From positions 2,640,001 through 2,672,000 of the forward strand of contig NC_010546.1 in assembly GCF_000017845.1 (NCBI RefSeq): a stretch of 32,000 nucleotides of DNA. The letters are read 5' to 3'. Of this stretch, positions 17,565-25,897 are shown one piece after another. Positions within the stretch are counted from its first letter, which is position 1. Each line of letters opens with the position of its first letter. The notes beneath the pieces were generated by a model. It ran no database searches, had not been told where the DNA came from, and saw nothing but the letters and a program-made list of their open reading frames with translations. Source of the DNA: Crocosphaera subtropica ATCC 51142 (GTDB taxonomy: Bacteria; Cyanobacteriota; Cyanobacteriia; Cyanobacteriales; Microcystaceae). A program made the translations under genes and the position numbers.

Positions 17565-18494
17565 ATGAAAATTATCTTAATTACTCTTGGTATTATTATC
17601 CTTAGCTTACTGATTATTGAAAGTAGCTTAAGGTTATTTTTCGGACTAGGTAAACGTCCCATTTATATTGCTGATGATGAAATAGGCTATTTATTAGCCC
17701 CTAATCAAAAAGTTCATCGTCTAGGAAAATTGACGATAATTAATCAATATTCTATGCGAAGTGAAGATATTGAAAAAAGTCCTTCTAATGATACGATGAG
17801 GCTGTTTTTTATCGGAGATTCTATTGTTAATGGGTGTTGGTGGACAGATCAAAACGAAACTATTTCCGCATTAGTAAAAGAAGAAATTGAAAAAAAATTA
17901 TCACAAACTATAGAAGCTTTAAACGCTTCTGCAAACTCTTGGGGACCGAGAAATCAATTAGCTTATTTAGAAAGGTTTGGAACCTTTCACTCTCAAGTTA
18001 TCTTTTTAATCATTAATACTGATGATTTATTTGCTACTAGACCAACTCCTTTAAGAGTTGGAATAGATATGTATTATCCTGACAAACAACCTATTTTAGC
18101 GATAAAAGAAATTTTAGACAAAGTGTTTTATCGTGATCCTAAAATTCCAGGAATGGATAAGATAGTAGGGGAAAGAGGCGATCGTGTGGGGTTTAATTTA
18201 AAAGCGATTGAAAAAATGAAAGCGATCGCAACTAACAACAACAGTCAATTTATGATGGTTTTAACGCCATTAAAACGGGAAATGAACCCAGAACCCAGAG
18301 ACTATGAAAAAGTAGCTAGAAAACGCTTACAAGACTGGGTAGAGGTAAATAATGTACCGTTTATTGACTTTTTACCGATCTTTGCTGAACAAGAAAATCT
18401 TGATGATTTATATCGGGATCATATTCATTTAAGTCCTTTAGGAAATCAATTAGTGAGTCAAAAAATTAGTGAGTTAATTCTTAATAAAAATTAA
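17565..18494 (+). CDS. SGNH/GDSL-type hydrolase with N-terminal membrane anchor
   Basis: Block I is FFIGDSIVNG. Near the C-terminus, DHIHLS matches the D-x-x-H catalytic pair. There is a single N-terminal TM segment. Confidence 0.65.
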   Translation: MKIILITLGIIILSLLIIESSLRLFFGLGKRPIYIADDEIGYLLAPNQKVHRLGKLTIINQYSMRSEDIEKSPSNDTMRLFFIGDSIVNGCWWTDQNETISALVKEEIEKKLSQTIEALNASANSWGPRNQLAYLERFGTFHSQVIFLIINTDDLFATRPTPLRVGIDMYYPDKQPILAIKEILDKVFYRDPKIPGMDKIVGERGDRVGFNLKAIEKMKAIATNNNSQFMMVLTPLKREMNPEPRDYEKVARKRLQDWVEVNNVPFIDFLPIFAEQENLDDLYRDHIHLSPLGNQLVSQKISELILNKN

Positions 18495-18614
18495 CTATAA
18501 ACTATAGCAATTTGGATTGATGATTCAGTTTAAAGAATACGACCTAATTTTTTATTATTAGTCCAATTATGATGATAAGATGTTTACTTATTGTTCATTA
18601 AAACTAATTTTATT

Positions 18615-18839
18615 ATGTGGCGAGTCAATGTTCGTTGTGATCAAGATGCTTGGAAACAGTCGGGTGGTGATTTTAAAACCATGACCGAAAATTATCAAGT
18701 AGAATTGATCGGTTCCCAGAAAATGCCTGATGGAAAGCGTATCATGGCTTATAAAATGGATGACATTAGTGATGTTGAAACTTTTATAGAAGATTGCGTC
18801 AAATTTCCTGGATTTACGGCTGACTTTGAATCTTTGTAA
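18615..18839 (+). CDS. Small hypothetical protein
   Basis: The plus-strand frame has a balanced, protein-like composition (MWRVNVRCDQDAWKQSGGDF...FIEDCVKFPGFTADFESL), unlike the overlapping minus-strand ORF. The track start is TTG 18591 and the first ATG is at 18615. Confidence 0.4.
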   Translation: MWRVNVRCDQDAWKQSGGDFKTMTENYQVELIGSQKMPDGKRIMAYKMDDISDVETFIEDCVKFPGFTADFESL

Positions 18840-18898
18840 CGGATTTAATAACAAGACCTATAAACCTAGGTCACTCTAATTCTGACCTTCTTTTATAG

Positions 18899-19576
18899 TT
18901 ACAATTTAATCAAAGTAACTGCAATATTCCCTGAGAAACAAACGTCTACATCTGTTCCTTTTGATCGTTCCCTTTTAGCGTATTCTCCGTGATAATAAAA
19001 TAAGTCACCTTCTACCCGATAGTTAACAGGTAATGGATGAATACTGCTTTCACAAAAAACAATTTCAGGTTCGGGCGAATTAGGTTCTAAATGAGGTAAA
19101 TTAACATTCCAAAAACTACCCGATTCTAACGGTTTATCCCAAAGAATATTTAACACTTTTTCTGTCCATTTAACTGCTAAGTCCCAGTTAATAATTAAAG
19201 GTCGTTTTATCCAATGGGAGATCGCAATACCAGGAATACCGTGCATCGCTGCTTCTCTAACTGCAGCAACTGTCCCAGAAATATAAACATCTACTCCTAA
19301 ATTGCCTCCTGCATTAATTCCAGAAAGTACCCATTTTGTCTCTTTATTAATGTGTTTAACAGCAATTCTTGTACAATCTGCTGGTGTTCCATCTATTGCA
19401 TATTCGTTTAAAGAACGCTTCTCTAAATGAATGGGTTGATGAGTAGTAACACGGTGTCCACAACCAGAATGAGGTTGTTTTGGTGCAACAATAATTCCTT
19501 GACCCCCTAATGCTTTTGATAAGGCGCGAATTCCGGGGGCATCAATGCCATCATCATTGGTTAAAATAATTGTCAT
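18899..19576 (-). CDS. surE: 5'/3'-nucleotidase SurE family
   Basis: The N-terminus ILTNDDGIDAPGI, together with SGIN.G.N.G....SGTV.A..EA, is the SurE signature. At 225 aa it is on the short side for the family. Confidence 0.8.
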   Translation of the reverse strand: MTIILTNDDGIDAPGIRALSKALGGQGIIVAPKQPHSGCGHRVTTHQPIHLEKRSLNEYAIDGTPADCTRIAVKHINKETKWVLSGINAGGNLGVDVYISGTVAAVREAAMHGIPGIAISHWIKRPLIINWDLAVKWTEKVLNILWDKPLESGSFWNVNLPHLEPNSPEPEIVFCESSIHPLPVNYRVEGDLFYYHGEYAKRERSKGTDVDVCFSGNIAVTLIKL

Positions 19577-19585
19577 AATAGGAAT

Positions 19586-20992
19586 TTACTGTTTTATTTT
19601 TTGACTAAATAAATAAATATCATCCTTATTATAGGTTAAATTAAAATTAGCATTCTGTCCAACGGTTTCTTTAATGGTTTCAATTAATTCTGGGGAACTT
19701 TCTCGTCCGAGATGTCGTTGATTGAGTAAGATATAATCAAATTCATTTACATCAAAGGATTCAGCACCATTTTCTGCTAATTTAATGATAGGACGTTGAC
19801 TTAAATGGGGGGCAATATAAGTGGAGGTTAAAACATTGCCTTTAGTAGAAATTTGAGTTATTGCTTCGTTGGTTGCTTTCCAGGTATCTAGAGACTCTAA
19901 ATAACGAGAGGTAAAATAGCCATATTTAGCTAAAGCTAAAAAACAAATTAATGACCAAGTTATTATATATTTATTCTGTTGAAACCAGCTTTTTTTTGCT
20001 GCTACAGTCATAATTACTGCAACCATTAAAAAAGGTATAATCGGTAATGAATACTGATGTAATAAGTCTTTTTGTAGTGCATTTTGCGATAATAAATTCA
20101 TGGCTAAAGTTGGAATTGCAGGGATTAAAGGGGTAAAATAGTGGGATGATAATCCCCAGATCACAGGAATTAATAAGAGTAGTAAATACTCTAAATTGGG
20201 TAAATTGAATAATCCTTGAAAGAATAACCAAGGTTTAAAAATTAAATTTTGAGCAATTTCAAAGAAAGAATTACCCAAATAATTAAAGCGTTCAAGATGA
20301 CGACTAATGTTAGAAGTATTATCGCTAAAAATAGGAATAATGAAACGGGTACTAATTATAAACCAACTTATCCCTAATCCTATAGCAATCGATCCTAATC
20401 TTTGTTTTTTTGCAAAACAAAATAACCATAAACCTATAAAAATTATTGTTAAAGATAAAACACTTTTGCAACTAAGAGTAATAATAATAGCTAAAATAAA
20501 TAATCCTAAATTGTGACTATAAGCTGCTAAAATTGACCATAAAATAGAAGGAACAGCAATAACGTCAGGATGAAAGTCAAATAAATTAATATTAAAAATT
20601 AAAGGATAGAGTAAATAAACTAAACTCATTGTTAATGATTTTGACTTATTTAAACCATGATATTGACTTAAATAATAGACAGGCAATGCACCTAAACTTA
20701 AAGCAAATGCTTGGATTAATAATAACCAATAAACCGAAGGATAAAGTTTATAAAATAAGGATAAAGGATAAAAAATTAATGCTGCATGATCTCCTAAAAT
20801 GTGAATTTTTAAAAAAGAAGAAATTGGGATTTTTCCTTGACTAATTAAATAGATAGCTTGATCAAAAATAGCTAAATCCCAAGCCGTTGATTGAAACAAA
20901 ATATGCTTTAAACTACTACAAACAAAAAGAATGATAATACTAATTACTAATATAATTAAAAACGAACTAGATTTTAAATAAGATAATTTCAT
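19586..20992 (-). CDS. DUF2079 polytopic membrane protein
   Basis: It has many TM segments. The N-terminal block FQSTAWDLAIFDQAIYLISQGK.P.SS.L..HILGDHAA.IFYPL is characteristic of this family as I recall it. Confidence 0.75.
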   Translation of the reverse strand: MKLSYLKSSSFLIILVISIIILFVCSSLKHILFQSTAWDLAIFDQAIYLISQGKIPISSFLKIHILGDHAALIFYPLSLFYKLYPSVYWLLLIQAFALSLGALPVYYLSQYHGLNKSKSLTMSLVYLLYPLIFNINLFDFHPDVIAVPSILWSILAAYSHNLGLFILAIIITLSCKSVLSLTIIFIGLWLFCFAKKQRLGSIAIGLGISWFIISTRFIIPIFSDNTSNISRHLERFNYLGNSFFEIAQNLIFKPWLFFQGLFNLPNLEYLLLLLIPVIWGLSSHYFTPLIPAIPTLAMNLLSQNALQKDLLHQYSLPIIPFLMVAVIMTVAAKKSWFQQNKYIITWSLICFLALAKYGYFTSRYLESLDTWKATNEAITQISTKGNVLTSTYIAPHLSQRPIIKLAENGAESFDVNEFDYILLNQRHLGRESSPELIETIKETVGQNANFNLTYNKDDIYLFSQKIKQ

Positions 20993-21130
20993 TTAATTTT
21001 AGGGATAAAAATAATCACTGAATATTATAAAGATTATGGACTTTTTGAGTCGACTCCTAGTTTAATTGTATTCAACCACAGAGAAAGGTTATGATGAAGG
21101 ATGGAAAACTCTTGAAAAAATACGACGATT

Positions 21131-21973
21131 GTGATACCTCCCTCATTAATTATCGATCCCTTATTAATAGCGTGGCTACAAGAAGACTTAGGACGGGGCG
21201 ATCGCACAACGGATGGCTTAGAACTTCAAAAAATGGGTTCAGGTCAGTGGGTAGCTAAAGCTGAAGGGATTATGGCAGGTTTACCCATTGCCCAAAGAGT
21301 CTTTCAATTATTAAATCCTAAGATTGAATTTATTCCAGTGGTAGAAGAAGGGCAAAGGGTCAAAACCGGTCAAGTGGTGGCCACGTTCAATGGTTCCTTA
21401 AGTGCGTTATTAACGGGGGAAAGAGTCGCTTTAAATCTAGCCATGAGGTTGAGTGGCATTGCTACGATGACCCGACAATATACAGAGATAATCGCTGATT
21501 TACCGACCCAATTGGTAGACACCCGCAAAACGACTCCAGGATTAAGGATACTAGAAAAGTATGGGATTCGGGTGGGAGGGGCTAAAAATCACCGCATGGC
21601 CTTAGATGATGGGGTCATGATCAAAGATAATCATATCAAAGCTGCAGGGAGTATTCAAGAAGCCATCCAACGTATTCGTCCCACTATTCCCTATCCCCTG
21701 ACAATTGAAGTAGAAACGACCACATTAGAAGAAGTTAAAGAAGCGTTAATGTATGGGGCAGATATTATTATGTTAGATAATATGAATTTAGATTTAATGA
21801 AAGAAGCCGTTAGTTATATTCGAGGGGAAAATAAACAGATAAAAATTGAAGCATCTGGCAATATTACCCTCGATAATATTCGACAAGTTGCTTTAACAGG
21901 AGTCGATTATATTTCTAGTAGTGCGCCGATTACTCGTTCTACTTGGTTGGATTTAAGTATGAGACTTGACTAA
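21131..21973 (+). CDS. nadC: Nicotinate-nucleotide diphosphorylase (carboxylating) / quinolinate phosphoribosyltransferase
   Basis: EDLGRGD.T, GER.ALN....LSGIAT, DTRKT.PGLR..EKY...GG..NHR..L.D..MIKDNH and IMLDNM are all present. The start is GTG 21131, because an in-frame stop lies at 21113. Confidence 0.9.
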   Translation: MIPPSLIIDPLLIAWLQEDLGRGDRTTDGLELQKMGSGQWVAKAEGIMAGLPIAQRVFQLLNPKIEFIPVVEEGQRVKTGQVVATFNGSLSALLTGERVALNLAMRLSGIATMTRQYTEIIADLPTQLVDTRKTTPGLRILEKYGIRVGGAKNHRMALDDGVMIKDNHIKAAGSIQEAIQRIRPTIPYPLTIEVETTTLEEVKEALMYGADIIMLDNMNLDLMKEAVSYIRGENKQIKIEASGNITLDNIRQVALTGVDYISSSAPITRSTWLDLSMRLD

Positions 21974-21990
21974 AAATTATTAATTAAGAA

Positions 21991-22962
21991 ATGTGGACAT
22001 CGCTTCATGCTAGAGTACATCAAACGCTAAAAGATAGTTTAATTTTACCCCGAAAAAATAATCTATTAATTGCGGTTTCTGGAGGACAAGATTCTCTATG
22101 TTTACTAAAATTAATGATAGATTTACAGAAAAAATGGGGCTGGAATCTTGCTATTGGTCATTGTGATCATGGTTGGGCTTCTGATTTAGGAATTGCTGAT
22201 CATGTCAGAGAATTAGCTAATGATTGGCAGATTCCTTTTTATTTAAAAGTAGCTGAAGCTATGGAAGAAACAGAAGCAGCAGCGAGAGAATGGCGATATC
22301 ACAGTTTAATTGAAATCGCAAAAGAACATCAATTTACTGAAGTGCTAACCGGTCATACGTTAAGCGATCGCGCTGAAACATTATTATATAATTTAATTAG
22401 GGGAGCAGGAAGTAATGGACTGGGTGCATTAACCTGGAAACGTCCCCTAACGAATAAAATTAATTTAGTTCGTCCTTTATTGAAGGTTTCTCGCAGTGAA
22501 ACATTGGAGTTTTGTAAACAGTTTTCTTTACCCATTTGGGAAGATGCAGTTAATGCTAATTTAGATTATGCTCGTAACCGTATTCGTCAGCAATTATTAC
22601 CCTATTTAAAGGAAAATTTTAATCCAAATGTGGAAATAACGTTATCCCAAACCTCAGAAGTGTTAAAAGCAGAATCTAACTATTTAGAAGCAGAAGCAAA
22701 TAAGATTTTACAAGAAGCATTTAATCACAATAATTATACATTGAATAGAGAGATTTTAAAAGATTTGCCTTTGGCTTTACAAAGACGAGTTGTACGCCAA
22801 TTTTTAGCTGAGATTATGGTAACACGACCTAATTTTGAGCAAATAGAAGAAACCGTTAAATTAATTGATGCCCCTAGACGATCACGAACTTCTTCTTTTC
22901 CTGGTAATCTAATTTTAGAAGTCGAAGAAAATTGTATCATTAAAAAGCAAATAGGATCATAA
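21991..22962 (+). CDS. tilS: tRNA(Ile)-lysidine synthetase
   Basis: It has the PP-loop SGGQDS, HCDHGW, TGHTLSDRAETLL.NL.RG and RPLL...R.E. The gene lies 17 nt after nadC. Confidence 0.9.
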   Translation: MWTSLHARVHQTLKDSLILPRKNNLLIAVSGGQDSLCLLKLMIDLQKKWGWNLAIGHCDHGWASDLGIADHVRELANDWQIPFYLKVAEAMEETEAAAREWRYHSLIEIAKEHQFTEVLTGHTLSDRAETLLYNLIRGAGSNGLGALTWKRPLTNKINLVRPLLKVSRSETLEFCKQFSLPIWEDAVNANLDYARNRIRQQLLPYLKENFNPNVEITLSQTSEVLKAESNYLEAEANKILQEAFNHNNYTLNREILKDLPLALQRRVVRQFLAEIMVTRPNFEQIEETVKLIDAPRRSRTSSFPGNLILEVEENCIIKKQIGS

Positions 22963-22974
22963 TATGCTTAGAAT

Positions 22975-23003
22975 AAAAAAACACCCAAGTTTCATAACTT
23001 GGG
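22975..23003 (-). terminator. Rho-independent terminator of the small-secreted-protein operon
   Basis: The minus strand reads CCCAAGT-TATGAA-ACTTGGG-TG-TTTTTTT. It sits 49 nt after the stop of the 23052..23423 gene. Confidence 0.65.
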
Positions 23004-23051
23004 AGAATTAATAACAAGTCCCTAGTGATCAATGGTTGATTTCAGGTGTGA

Positions 23052-23423
23052 TTAATCAGGGAAATTATTAGGAGTTTGAACATTCACGGGAGTCACCACA
23101 TCAACGCTAACCGTAGGTCCATTGACTCTAGAAGAATTAACACGACTGCCACGAGTTTCATGACGAACTTCTTGATGTTGACGTACATTATTCCCTCCAA
23201 TATTAACCTGAGTAGCGGTAGTGGAACTTGCATTTCCGGTACAATTTCCTTGATTATCAAATTGAGTATGCTGGGTTTGTTCTGCTGGGGATTTTCCCAT
23301 ATGCAGTTGAACCCCCGTATGAGATTGTACGCACTGTGCTGAAGCAGATTGAGGAGCAATAGATGGCATAAAAATTAAACCAGCAATTGACCAGAAACCG
23401 ATGCTTAAATAATTGACTTTCAT
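23052..23423 (-). CDS. Small secreted Q/N/S/T/H-rich protein (P1)
   Basis: AGGAG lies 8 nt upstream of the ATG. The signal peptide is MKVNYLSIGFWSIAGLIFMPSIAPQSASA. The mature part has 2 Cys, almost no hydrophobic core, and the motif TQVNIGGNNVRQHQ. Confidence 0.65.
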   Translation of the reverse strand: MKVNYLSIGFWSIAGLIFMPSIAPQSASAQCVQSHTGVQLHMGKSPAEQTQHTQFDNQGNCTGNASSTTATQVNIGGNNVRQHQEVRHETRGSRVNSSRVNGPTVSVDVVTPVNVQTPNNFPD

Positions 23424-23440
23424 GATTAATCTCCTGATAA

Positions 23441-23800
23441 TTAGGGACAGATATGATTGGATATCTGTGTATGAGTTACTGTTCGTCTAGACCCATTAAT
23501 ATTAGTTTGTTGACTGGATTGAACACTCCTTGTACCACAATGAGAATTTTGAAAATTTTGTTCTGACATTGACGAATTAAAATCATCGTAATTGTCTAAA
23601 GAATTGTTCTCTATTCTTGATTCTCTTGGGTGTCGAGGACTACTAATTCTTACCTTGCCAGTATCGATTTCAATGGTTCCATTATCCTCTCTGGTAATAG
23701 TGATATTTCCAGAACGAACTTTACTCGGTTTAGCATTCGCAATGGTTAGCCAACCAAGAAAGCAAAGAATGATAAAAAAGGTTAGGTTTTTGGGTTTCAT
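23441..23800 (-). CDS. Small secreted Q/N/S/T-rich protein (P2)
   Basis: The signal peptide is MKPKNLTFFIILCFLGWLTIANA. The stop lies 17 nt before the P1 start. The motif QQTNINGSRRTVTHTQ sits between two Cys. Confidence 0.6.
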   Translation of the reverse strand: MKPKNLTFFIILCFLGWLTIANAKPSKVRSGNITITREDNGTIEIDTGKVRISSPRHPRESRIENNSLDNYDDFNSSMSEQNFQNSHCGTRSVQSSQQTNINGSRRTVTHTQISNHICP

Positions 23801-23902
23801 GTCTATGACCCCACATCATAAAATTAGTTAGGGGTTAGACTTAGATAAATGAGTGAAATGTCAAGTCTAACCCGTAACAAGTTGCTAGAAATTTACTTCG
23901 TT

Positions 23903-24196
23903 TTAACGGCGACCCTGGCGAACTCTATTACGCTGATTGACGATTTGAGAGCTATTATTGTTATCTCCTTCTTGGAAAGAATCTTGATAACTATCTTGAA
24001 CACTGCCAATATTTTCACCCCGTCCACGACGGCTATTATGATTAGATTGAGTGGTGCGTTGATGGGAGGTATTACCATCACCAATTTGGGTGCTAACTTG
24101 TCCTGATGTTTGAACATTCGCTTGGTCAGCCACAGCAGAAACAGGAACTAAACTTAAGGTGGATACCGCTAAGAAACCGATGAGAGAAATTTTCAT
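23903..24196 (-). CDS. Small secreted Q/N/S/T-rich basic protein (P3) with internal 20-aa repeat
   Basis: GGAG lies 8 nt upstream of ATG 24196; the track ORF extends to 24274. The signal peptide is MKISLIGFLAVSTLSLVPVSAVA. The repeats are SGQVSTQIGDGNTSHQRTTQ and SYQDSFQEGDNNNSSQIVNQ. Confidence 0.6.
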   Translation of the reverse strand: MKISLIGFLAVSTLSLVPVSAVADQANVQTSGQVSTQIGDGNTSHQRTTQSNHNSRRGRGENIGSVQDSYQDSFQEGDNNNSSQIVNQRNRVRQGRR

Positions 24197-24295
24197 GATT
24201 TTGACTCCAAAAGATAGAAAAAAATGAATGAGACTAAGTGAATTTAGAAAGACAATAAAAAAAGATACAGACAACTAATGAATTTTGTGAATTTT

Positions 24296-24473
24296 CAGAA
24301 AAATGAATTTGCGTTTCATCAGTGAGTTCTCTTGATTGTCTTCTGTTACTTCATAGGTTCGACTTGAAAGATTTATGCAGGTCACAGAAAAATAAACTTG
24401 AGTTTCATGGGTGAGTTCTCTTGATTGTGTTCTGTTACTCTATAGGTTCGGCTTGAAAGATTTATGCAGGTCA
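24296..24473. repeat. Tandem direct repeat, 2 x 89 bp, about 90 percent identical
   Basis: Unit 1 is 24296-24384 and unit 2 is 24385-24473. By hand alignment there are 9 mismatches and no indels. A third copy begins (CAGAAG) and then diverges. Confidence 0.9.
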
Positions 24474-24535
24474 CAGAAGATTTAAGGACAGAAAGCAGAG
24501 TAAGCTAAATAAAGGCATTTGTAACGACGTAAAAT

Positions 24536-25771
24536 ATGGCAACTATTAACGACAACTATCTCAAACTCAAAGCAGGATATCTTTTTCCCGAAATAGCAAG
24601 ACGGGTCAACACCTTTATCGAAGCCAACCCCGAAGCCAAAATCATTAAACTGGGGATTGGGGATGTCACCGAACCCTTGCCCGAAGCCTGTCGCACTGCT
24701 ATGATCAAAGCCGTAGAAGATATGGGCGATCGCAGCAGTTTCAAAGGCTATGGACCCGAACAGGGTTACGGTTGGCTACGGGAAAAAATTGCAGCCCAAG
24801 ACTTTCAAGCCAGAGGCTGTGATATCGATGCCTCAGAAATATTCGTCTCAGACGGTGCAAAATGCGATACCGGCAACATTCTCGATATTTTTGGCAAAAA
24901 TAATAAAATTGCTGTCACAGACCCTGTCTACCCCGTTTATGTAGATACCAATGTCATGGCAGGCCATACAGGGGAAACCAATGAGAAGGGAGAATATGAA
25001 GGTTTAGTCTATCTACCCATCAGTGCAGATAACCACTTTGTGGCAGACATTCCCAGTGAAAAAGTTGATCTCATTTATCTCTGTTTCCCCAACAACCCCA
25101 CCGGTGCCACGGCGACAAAAGAATATCTTAAAGCCTGGGTCGATTATGCCACAGCTAATGACTCTATTATTTTCTTTGATGCTGCTTACGAAGCTTTTAT
25201 CACCGATGAGAGTTTACCCCATTCTATCTACGAAATAGAAGGAGCCAAAGACTGCGCCATTGAGTTTCGTTCCTTTTCCAAAAATGCAGGGTTTACCGGC
25301 ACCCGTTGCGCCTTCACTGTAGTTCCCAAACAATTAACCGCCAAAGCCTCTGATGGTTCTCAGGTAGAATTATGGAAACTGTGGAACCGTCGTCAATCCA
25401 CTAAATTTAATGGGGTTTCTTACATTGTGCAACGGGGAGCAGAAGCGGTCTATTCCGAAGCAGGAAAAGCCCAAATCAAGGGTTTAGTTAGCTTTTACCT
25501 CGAAAATGCCAAAATAATCTGTGAACAACTGAAGAGCGCAGGATTTGAGGTGTATGGTGGGGTTAATGCTCCCTACATCTGGTTAAAAACCCCCCATAAT
25601 CTTTCAAGTTGGGATTTCTTCGATAAACTCTTACAAACTACCCATGTTGTCGGAACCCCCGGATCGGGATTTGGGGCAGCAGGAGAAGGTTATTTTCGCA
25701 TTTCTGCCTTTAATAGTCGGGAAAATGTCGAAGAAGCCATGAAACGCATTACCCAAGCGTTTAAGGTGTAA
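24536..25771 (+). CDS. dapL: LL-diaminopimelate aminotransferase
   Basis: [24 protein letters not shown]...[15 protein letters not shown] and the [14 protein letters not shown]-lysine block are present. The 411 aa length is typical of DapL. Confidence 0.9.
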   Translation: MATINDNYLKLKAGYLFPEIARRVNTFIEANPEAKIIKLGIGDVTEPLPEACRTAMIKAVEDMGDRSSFKGYGPEQGYGWLREKIAAQDFQARGCDIDASEIFVSDGAKCDTGNILDIFGKNNKIAVTDPVYPVYVDTNVMAGHTGETNEKGEYEGLVYLPISADNHFVADIPSEKVDLIYLCFPNNPTGATATKEYLKAWVDYATANDSIIFFDAAYEAFITDESLPHSIYEIEGAKDCAIEFRSFSKNAGFTGTRCAFTVVPKQLTAKASDGSQVELWKLWNRRQSTKFNGVSYIVQRGAEAVYSEAGKAQIKGLVSFYLENAKIICEQLKSAGFEVYGGVNAPYIWLKTPHNLSSWDFFDKLLQTTHVVGTPGSGFGAAGEGYFRISAFNSRENVEEAMKRITQAFKV

Positions 25772-25775
25772 ACCC

Positions 25776-25798
25776 TAGGGTGGGTACAGCCCACCTTA
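25776..25798 (+). terminator. Hairpin between the convergent dapL and P-type ATPase genes
   Basis: TAGGGTGGG-TACAG-CCCACCTTA forms a 9 bp stem with one G-T pair. No T-run follows, so its function is uncertain. Confidence 0.35.
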
Positions 25799-25897
25799 CA
25801 TGAAATCTCTTTGAATACTCAGTAGCTTATTAAATCCTTGCTCCTCTGCCATCTTAACTAGGATCTTTGTGATCTACTGATACTATACCTTGTAGTA

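Noticed and set aside
24197-24535. Lysine (L-box) riboswitch upstream of dapL.
   Set aside because: No L-box-like conserved helices are visible. The region is instead explained by the 2 x 89 bp tandem repeat.
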